Shown piece after piece: positions 57,868-64,000 of a stretch of 64,000 bases of DNA. The notes beneath the pieces were generated by a model. That model did not search any database. It saw nothing but the letters and a program-made list of their open reading frames with translations, and was not told the origin of the DNA. Position numbers and translations under genes: made by a program. This stretch comes from Candidatus Shapirobacteria bacterium. GTDB taxonomy: Bacteria > Patescibacteriota > Microgenomatia > UBA12405 > BS750m-G30. The stretch covers positions 191,769 through 255,768 of the forward strand of contig JBDRHA010000011.1 of assembly GCA_043817235.1 (NCBI GenBank). The letters run 5' to 3'. Every line of letters starts with the position of its first letter. Positions within the stretch are counted from its first letter, which is position 1.

Positions 57868-59520
57868 CTAAACACCAAGCTTTTTTCTCATCCCGCCAAC
57901 AAAACCAGTCATTGTCTCTTTTACTGCAGTCCTTCTGGCACCAGCGCCAGCACCGACAACTCCTGCTGCTCTAGGATACTTGGCAACAAGTTTATTGAAG
58001 AATGCATCTTGAGCTCCTTGGCTTTCGGCATAGGAAGCTGCTGCACTCATTGCTGTTCCCCCCATGATCTTTACCGGAGCAAAAGCCGCGCCGATCATGC
58101 CGCCAATGCCAGAGTCCTTAATTCCAAATGCTCCTCGAACAATGTCGGGCACATTAGGAAGAATCAAAAGAAACCCAATTCCAATAATTGACTTCACAAA
58201 AGCCCCCGCAACCGCTCCGCTAATTGCGCCAAAAATCGGAAGATCCGGCGGACCCATCAAGGGCGGGTACCACATAGCTCCACCTTGCACAACACTAAAA
58301 CTAATCGCTGAACCAATAATAATGACCAGGATAACAGCCGGGAAAACTAAGATATTGGCGGCCAAGTTTTTGAGCCAAGAACCAAAGCCTCCTGGTGATC
58401 CGGGAATGACCCCAACAGCAATTAAAACCGGCGAAAAAATTATCGATAAAACAATGTTAATGTAGGTTTTTATTAAAGCAATTAAAAGCTTGAAGAAAAG
58501 AAAAATAGCAATAAGAATCCAGGCCAAAGCAAAGAGCAAGCCGCCGAGACCCGCGGTAGCAAGACTTGGAAAAATAGTAGCTCCAATTATGGCACCCAAT
58601 AGAGAGAAGAAAGGGAAACCACCTATCAAAGCGCCAAATACCGCTACAAAACCTCCTTGTGTTGCCATCCAATTAGCCGCTGTCTGATTCACAAGGTAAG
58701 GACTCATTATCCCGCCTCCGGCAGAAGACCTTAGAATAGCAATGCTTAAAGCAATAACCACGTACATTAAATCAATCATAAATCCGGCAATCGCGTAAGA
58801 GAAGGTAATAAGGACCAAAACTCCTATCAGTCGAGGCAAAGCGTTTTCTACCGTTAAAACAGTCTGAGGAGAAATCTTGACTCGAAACATAATCATTAAG
58901 CCCACTATTAGCATCGCCACAGCGAAAATAGAATAAGCCACATTACGAAATGCTTGCCAGATAGGCAAAATTGGTTCCAATCCCGCAAAACCAATCCCAT
59001 TGGCCGCGTAAGCAGGAGCGGCTCCTAAACGATGCAAAAGATTATAAGCATAATATACTCCGGAAGCAGGAGGATTTTGATACATAGAGGCGATCAGCTT
59101 TGTGGTGACCCCCATCGCTCCGCCGGAAAAATACCAATCACCAGGAGGCATTAATAGCGCGCCAGGAGGTAAAGAAGAGGGGTTGCTTGCGTTGTTGGGA
59201 TCATAGGTCTCCTCTGCTGTGCCAAGCACGGCGGTAATCAAGGCCTTAGCAGCTAACAGCATTAATCCTTCGCTTTCAAATTCCTCCCCTCCATCTACCA
59301 TTCGGCCCACTAACCAATGGGCCAAACTCGGAACTGGATCCCTTAGAAAACCAGTAAACTTTGTGAATTCCTCCTTAATGCCTAAAACCTCTCCTTGGCT
59401 GGCCTGAGTTGAAGAAGAGGGTAAACTCGAAACTGCATCTGCTTTCCTCGTTAAGCCAAAAAATAAAAAACCCAGGCTTAAAAAGAGCAAAGCTATAAAC
59501 AGAAGTATTTTTTTTCTCAT
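57868..59520 (-). CDS. VirB6/TrbL-like polytopic membrane protein
   Basis: 550 aa; signal peptide, ~200-aa periplasmic domain, then at least six Gly/Ala-rich TM helices; located between the pilin-like gene arrays. Confidence 0.4.
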   Translation of the reverse strand: MRKKILLFIALLFLSLGFLFFGLTRKADAVSSLPSSSTQASQGEVLGIKEEFTKFTGFLRDPVPSLAHWLVGRMVDGGEEFESEGLMLLAAKALITAVLGTAEETYDPNNASNPSSLPPGALLMPPGDWYFSGGAMGVTTKLIASMYQNPPASGVYYAYNLLHRLGAAPAYAANGIGFAGLEPILPIWQAFRNVAYSIFAVAMLIVGLMIMFRVKISPQTVLTVENALPRLIGVLVLITFSYAIAGFMIDLMYVVIALSIAILRSSAGGGIMSPYLVNQTAANWMATQGGFVAVFGALIGGFPFFSLLGAIIGATIFPSLATAGLGGLLFALAWILIAIFLFFKLLIALIKTYINIVLSIIFSPVLIAVGVIPGSPGGFGSWLKNLAANILVFPAVILVIIIGSAISFSVVQGGAMWYPPLMGPPDLPIFGAISGAVAGAFVKSIIGIGFLLILPNVPDIVRGAFGIKDSGIGGMIGAAFAPVKIMGGTAMSAAASYAESQGAQDAFFNKLVAKYPRAAGVVGAGAGARRTAVKETMTGFVGGMRKKLGV

Positions 59521-59558
59521 TCCTTTATATTAAAAACTAAATTCCATTCAAAATCAAG

Positions 59559-61745
59559 TTACCACCCGGGCGGGGTGAGAATATCAAACATATAATTATA
59601 AGTATCGTCTTCTCCTTTAGTTCCATAATTTGTGCCTTTCTTTCTGCCTGGCTGATCAGAATACTCAATTTCTATTTCCGCCGCCTCATATTCATGAGCC
59701 TCGCCTGGCAGTGTAAAAGGCATAGATACCGGCTGGCGGTAAATAATTTCCGCTGATTTTGTCCAGGGCGTATGGATAATTGGAATAATAACATAAGTAT
59801 TGCTTTCGAAAATGGGCTTTAAGATATTATTAATAAGCTGCGTTACCCAATCTCCCCAATCTAAAATGATCCTTAAAGCTCCTCCAACAGAAACCGGTTG
59901 TTTATCCATTATCCCTCCCAAATCATAAGCGCCTATCTCGCAAGTTGGCGGATCAGGCATAGGAATATCCTGAGCTCCAGTAAAAGAACAATTGGTCTCT
60001 CCCGCTACAACAGTACAATTACTGCCAATAGCCGGGTGGCCTGACGGGTACTGCACTTGATCATCAGAACCATAGTTATAATTAACTACTTCTAGATTAA
60101 ACGAGCAGTTTTCTCCTAAAGGGCAATTGAAAGTATGCGAATAAACATTAGGCGCCGCACCCGGGCCAGGAACCGCATTAATGCCTAAAAACTCACCATT
60201 CATACTCACCCACATATGGCCATTTCTTACGTTACCGTTAACACTAACCGTGCAGGTAACACTGGATCCTGAACGAGAACAACTGGATGAAGAGTCAAGA
60301 ATAAAATTAAATTCGCCGGAATTTCCCGGAGCCAGCAAAACATATCCTTCCTGTTTTTCTTTTTGACTGAAGCTGCTTTTCTGGAAAAGTCCTGCGCTAG
60401 CACTTAAAGGATGGGCAATGTTCATTCCTGGTAAGGAAAAATAATCGCCTACCTGATAATTAGCCGTAGCCATCTGCTGGTAATAAGCAGGAGCTTCAAA
60501 CCAAAGCATTTCATCACCCAGCTTTCGAGGCCATTCTTTTTCATCCTTTTTACAATAATAAAATTCCACAAAGCCTTTGCTTTTTTCTATTTTCGTCTTA
60601 TTTTCTTCCTCCGGCAAAATTATTTTTTTTAAAGCTTCATCCGAAGAACTGCCAACCGGTTTAATATTGGCTACTTCGAAATATTCCAACATTAATTCTT
60701 TCACTGTTTCTTTAAGATCCCCTTCACTTCCGCTAATTTCAAAGGCCTCACCCAAAGTCTTGCCATAATCGTCGCCCAAGCCCAAGCCTCCCGGACCGGA
60801 GAGGCCGATTAAGGAAAAGTCGCCGTATTCCGCTACCTGCCAGTTGCCATTGGCATCCTTGTACATAAAATACTGTTTGCCGGTTTGATCATCCATAAAC
60901 AAGAAAGTAATCGCATCCGCCGGTATTCCCGCTGCTTCCAGCTTTGTCGCAAATTCCCGAGCACTATTAAGGCGCGACTGAATATCTACTCCCGGGTTTA
61001 AGCCAGCCTCAGGAATAATAAAAGTTTTTCCGGCCAAATTAACTCCCAAGCTTTCTAGACTGGACCGGAAATTATTAAATTGATTAACAAAATCAGCGAC
61101 GGCCGCATCCATATTTCCGCCGCTGTAATCAGCGTAAAAACTGCCGGCCCAAACCGGAATCTGGTTTAAGCAATCACCAGAGCAATAAGATTGAACTTGG
61201 CGCAAAAACTCCACATACTGATACATCGATCCGCCAAAGGGGTTTCCACCCGTAGGATTACTGGTATTAAAATTAGTAGTGCCAACAGGCACGCTGATTC
61301 CGTTCGCCGGGTTTAAAGCCATTTCCAAAATCCGAGCATATTCTTGAGGATTGCCGCCAAAATAATTATATTCTGTAAAAAGACTGATTGTTCCCGTGTT
61401 TATTTGGGAAAGCTGGGGCAGCCAGTAGCTTTGAAACTCTGAAGCCGAAGTCGTGTGCCAATCTTCCGGCTGCCAAATTATTTCTACATTATATTCAGCG
61501 GCCGCTCTTTCAATATTTTCAATTAAGCCCGGAAAGGCTCTAAGCTCCGAGGAAACTAATCGAACCGTAGCCGATCCATTTTGCAAACGCTCAAAGGCCG
61601 CCGTGTTAAAAGTGCCATTAGGACTGTAAAAATTGTTGACAATATTATAGCCAAAGTCATTGACGCTATCTGCTAAAGCCAAAGAAGGAAAAGCAAGGGG
61701 TAAAAAAGATGCCACAATAAAAACCAAAACCCAGAGTTTTCTCAT
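59559..61745 (-). CDS. secreted Cys-rich hypothetical protein (N-terminal half possibly glycoside-hydrolase-like TIM barrel)
   Basis: 728 aa; clear signal peptide MRKLWVLVFIVASFLPLAFPSLALA; many Cys in the C-terminal half (CSRSGSSVTC, CPLGENC, CTVVAGETNC). Confidence 0.45.
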   Translation of the reverse strand: MRKLWVLVFIVASFLPLAFPSLALADSVNDFGYNIVNNFYSPNGTFNTAAFERLQNGSATVRLVSSELRAFPGLIENIERAAAEYNVEIIWQPEDWHTTSASEFQSYWLPQLSQINTGTISLFTEYNYFGGNPQEYARILEMALNPANGISVPVGTTNFNTSNPTGGNPFGGSMYQYVEFLRQVQSYCSGDCLNQIPVWAGSFYADYSGGNMDAAVADFVNQFNNFRSSLESLGVNLAGKTFIIPEAGLNPGVDIQSRLNSAREFATKLEAAGIPADAITFLFMDDQTGKQYFMYKDANGNWQVAEYGDFSLIGLSGPGGLGLGDDYGKTLGEAFEISGSEGDLKETVKELMLEYFEVANIKPVGSSSDEALKKIILPEEENKTKIEKSKGFVEFYYCKKDEKEWPRKLGDEMLWFEAPAYYQQMATANYQVGDYFSLPGMNIAHPLSASAGLFQKSSFSQKEKQEGYVLLAPGNSGEFNFILDSSSSCSRSGSSVTCTVSVNGNVRNGHMWVSMNGEFLGINAVPGPGAAPNVYSHTFNCPLGENCSFNLEVVNYNYGSDDQVQYPSGHPAIGSNCTVVAGETNCSFTGAQDIPMPDPPTCEIGAYDLGGIMDKQPVSVGGALRIILDWGDWVTQLINNILKPIFESNTYVIIPIIHTPWTKSAEIIYRQPVSMPFTLPGEAHEYEAAEIEIEYSDQPGRKKGTNYGTKGEDDTYNYMFDILTPPGW

Positions 61746-61763
61746 GCGCTAATTTTAGGGTAT

Positions 61764-62114
61764 TTATTGAGGGATGGCAAATTCAGTGACCTCAACGCCA
61801 GTAAAATTCTTAATAAATACTAAAATAAACCAGGCAAGAATCGCTAACACTAGGCCAAAAATAGCCATAGTAAACGTTCCTCTGGCCTTTTGCGCTCCTT
61901 CTTGGCTGCCGCCGGAAGTCAAAAGCTGAAATCCGCCAACAATAATCATTACTCCGACAGCCAAGCCCAGCAGACGCAACGCAACTCCCAAGATATTTTC
62001 GACCATCCCTTCAATATGCGCAAAAGTTGCCACATCCGCTTGAGCCCAGACCGAAGAAGCGCCAAAAGCCAGGTAAGCCACTAAGCATAATAGCCAAGCT
62101 TTAGTTTTTTTCAT
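61764..62114 (-). CDS. VirB2/TrbC-like pilin-family protein (paralog 3)
   Basis: signal peptide plus two hydrophobic helices flanking the loop TSGGSQEGAQKARG. Confidence 0.55.
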   Translation of the reverse strand: MKKTKAWLLCLVAYLAFGASSVWAQADVATFAHIEGMVENILGVALRLLGLAVGVMIIVGGFQLLTSGGSQEGAQKARGTFTMAIFGLVLAILAWFILVFIKNFTGVEVTEFAIPQ

Positions 62115-62153
62115 CTTGCCAATAATTGGAACTAAATTCCCTAATCTAATCGC

Positions 62154-62507
62154 TTAGAAGACTGTTGGGAACGTCAAAGTCTCCAAAAGATCAATTCCAA
62201 AGACCGCTTGAATTAATCTTAAGATAGCCCAAGCGCTAAATACTACAACCAAGCCAACTAAGGCATTTTGTACTTGGCCCTGAGCTGTCTTGACTTTGGT
62301 CTCATCACCCTCGGACATGATCCACTTAATTCCGCCTAAAACCAGCATTACAAAAAATATTAGACCGGCGCCAATCAGCAGAAAATTAATTACGCCTTTA
62401 ACTAAATTAGAAACGTTTACCTGATCAAGTTTGTCAAATTGGTTAGGCGCATTTAAATCAATAGTCTTGTCGTCAGGAGCAGCCAAAACTTGATTTACTA
62501 AAGACAT
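62154..62507 (-). CDS. VirB2/TrbC-like pilin-family protein (paralog 4)
   Basis: two-helix architecture, loop MSEGDETKVKTAQGQVQNAL. Confidence 0.55.
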   Translation of the reverse strand: MSLVNQVLAAPDDKTIDLNAPNQFDKLDQVNVSNLVKGVINFLLIGAGLIFFVMLVLGGIKWIMSEGDETKVKTAQGQVQNALVGLVVVFSAWAILRLIQAVFGIDLLETLTFPTVF

Positions 62508-62592
62508 TTTATTCTTTCACCTCCTCTCGATTTATAATTTATTTACTTTTTAATAATAACGAGATAATTCTTGCTTTGCAATTAGCAATTTA

Positions 62593-62943
62593 TTAAATAA
62601 GCGGAATTAGCGGAATACCTAAGCCTTGCAACTGGCTAATCCCAAAAATAAAGCCAATCAGCTTAATTAAAGCATAAACGGAAAAAATAATCACTAAGCC
62701 AATTAAGGCGTTTTGGACTTTATCGCGAGCCGCTTTTACTTTAGTCTCGTCCCCTTCAGAGCCAATCCAGGAAATTCCGGCTAGTAAAAACTGGATAAAA
62801 AAGAAAATAATCGCCACCGTTAAAAAAATGCCAATAACCCCGCTAATAATTTTATTTTGAAAAAGATCAGCAGCTGCCGTATGATCCGGCGTTCTTAAAG
62901 GGTTAGCATCCGGAATTAAAGGATTTTCAAGTCTGCCAGCCAT
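62593..62943 (-). CDS. VirB2/TrbC-like pilin-family protein (paralog 5)
   Basis: loop GSEGDETKVKAARDKVQNAL; ~70% identical to paralog 4 in the C-terminal half. Confidence 0.55.
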   Translation of the reverse strand: MAGRLENPLIPDANPLRTPDHTAAADLFQNKIISGVIGIFLTVAIIFFFIQFLLAGISWIGSEGDETKVKAARDKVQNALIGLVIIFSVYALIKLIGFIFGISQLQGLGIPLIPLI

Positions 62944-62945
62944 GT

Positions 62946-63311
62946 TTAAAAATCAAAAAACGTAGTAATAATATTAAGATCAAGCAAATCAATTCCGCCC
63001 AGCAAATAGCCAAGCAAGCCGACAAAAGCCATAGCCAAGAAAATAATCGTAATCCCTAAAACACTTTGCCAAAGCGTTTGCTGGGCGGCCTGCACTTTTT
63101 GAGCATCTCCGCCAGCCGTCATCCAGCCAAAGCCAGCCAAAACAATCCTGATCACAAAATAGACTACGGCCGCTAAGGTAATAAAGCCAATTACTCCGGA
63201 AAGGACTGTGGCTGTTCTACCCACCGGATTATTGGTAGGCTGGCCAATATCACCCGCCCCCCGGAAGGGAGTGAAAAACACTTCATCAACTGTCGCCAAA
63301 AGCTTATTCAT
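62946..63311 (-). CDS. VirB2/TrbC-like pilin-family protein (paralog 6)
   Basis: loop TAGGDAQKVQAAQQTLWQSVLG. Confidence 0.55.
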   Translation of the reverse strand: MNKLLATVDEVFFTPFRGAGDIGQPTNNPVGRTATVLSGVIGFITLAAVVYFVIRIVLAGFGWMTAGGDAQKVQAAQQTLWQSVLGITIIFLAMAFVGLLGYLLGGIDLLDLNIITTFFDF

Positions 63312-63313
63312 TT

Positions 63314-63700
63314 TTATTGTGGTCTATAAAGTCTAGGAACCAGTAAAAAGCTAGTGTCCTTGAAAATAATTTGGCCGATCAAGCCAGCCAAAATAAAAGA
63401 AGAGGCAACAATGACTAGACCTAATAAACTTTGCCAGATTTTGGCCCATGCCGCCTCAATTTGATCAGAATTGCCACCGGCACTAATAAAGCCAAAGCCG
63501 GCAAATATTAGGTTAAACAAAGTAAAAATTCCCGCGCCGAAAATAAGCAGTTTAATAGCAATGCCAATAAAATTAAATAAACCAGCTGGTGTGCCCGTAT
63601 CTCCTCCAGATAAAGGTGCGATTGCCGCCGGCGGCTCAATATTGCCAATAGTTGCCGCAAAAAAAAGATTTCTATATTTTTCCAGTTTCAACCTTTTCAT
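63314..63700 (-). CDS. VirB2/TrbC-like pilin-family protein (paralog 7)
   Basis: loop SAGGNSDQIEAAWAKIWQSLLG. Confidence 0.5.
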   Translation of the reverse strand: MKRLKLEKYRNLFFAATIGNIEPPAAIAPLSGGDTGTPAGLFNFIGIAIKLLIFGAGIFTLFNLIFAGFGFISAGGNSDQIEAAWAKIWQSLLGLVIVASSFILAGLIGQIIFKDTSFLLVPRLYRPQ

Positions 63701-63704
63701 TCTT

Positions 63705-64000
63705 TTAAAGCCCGGAGTTAATAATACTTGCTCCGGTAATTACCTCTATCGCTCTTACTATAAAATAACTTAAAATTATTAAAATAAAGCCTAAAAGTGC
63801 CGCCCCAATTGCTTTCCCCCCTTGCTGAACTTTGCCACTGTCTCCACTGCCAGCTCCTACAATCATACCCCAGCCCCCAATAATAATCAAAATCAAGAAA
63901 ATTAAGGCGGCAACAGCATAAGCATTAGCAATAAGAGTGGAAACTAAGTGGCCAGGATCGGTAAACTTTACCTTGTAAAAAGTGCCAATATTAAAAGCCC
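63705..64000 (-). CDS. VirB2/TrbC-like pilin-family protein (paralog 8), 5' end beyond window
   Basis: the reading frame stays open upstream of the listed TTG start to the window edge (..DPGHLVSTLIANAYAVAALIFLILIIIGGWGMIVGAGSGDSGKVQQGGKAIGAALLGFILIILSYFIVRAIEVITG). Confidence 0.5.
   Translation of the reverse strand, partial: AFNIGTFYKVKFTDPGHLVSTLIANAYAVAALIFLILIIIGGWGMIVGAGSGDSGKVQQGGKAIGAALLGFILIILSYFIVRAIEVITGASIINSGL

Overview
This 64-kb window has low GC and Lys-rich proteins and most likely comes from a small-genome Candidate Phyla Radiation (Patescibacteria) bacterium. The 16S carries mismatches at the universal 515F/806R primer sites, the rRNA genes are unlinked, and the 23S rRNA contains a self-splicing-type intron with a homing-endonuclease ORF. 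The standard code 11 appears to be in use, since TGA acts as a stop (for example at the fba/pfkB junction). The first ~50 kb are mostly housekeeping genes: trxB-trxA, a MacAB-like efflux system, valS, UDG, efp, a ZIP transporter, an ECF sigma/anti-sigma pair, the korAB 2-oxoacid:ferredoxin oxidoreductase, rpsA, fba-pfkB, two PBP1A paralogs, a split transketolase C-subunit, a VapBC pair, an aldehyde dehydrogenase and uppS. Mixed in are several kinds of short intergenic repeats, three apparently disrupted genes (AMMECR1, an AlkP-family gene with an in-frame TAA, and a 5'-3' exonuclease frameshifted at a poly-A tract), and an rRNA locus with unusual organisation. That locus is 23S on the minus strand with only tRNA-Ala upstream and a LAGLIDADG intron in the sarcin-ricin loop region, 16S on the plus strand 18.6 kb away followed directly by uppS, and no 5S. 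The most interesting region is 40-64 kb. It begins with a VirB3-like/VirB4 type IV secretion module. Two clusters of at least 8 paralogous two-helix VirB2/TrbC-like pilin genes then bracket a 7TM-receptor plus two ATP-grasp (RimK-like, one fused to a retropepsin-like DUF785 domain) peptide-modification operon. Between the clusters lies a compositionally distinct island (higher GC, Arg-rich) encoding a 642-aa domainless cytoplasmic protein, a VirB6/TrbL-like polytopic membrane protein and a 728-aa Cys-rich secreted protein. I read this as a candidate cell-surface attachment/secretion system in which the pilins may be substrates of the ATP-grasp machinery. That hypothesis rests on gene neighbourhood only.
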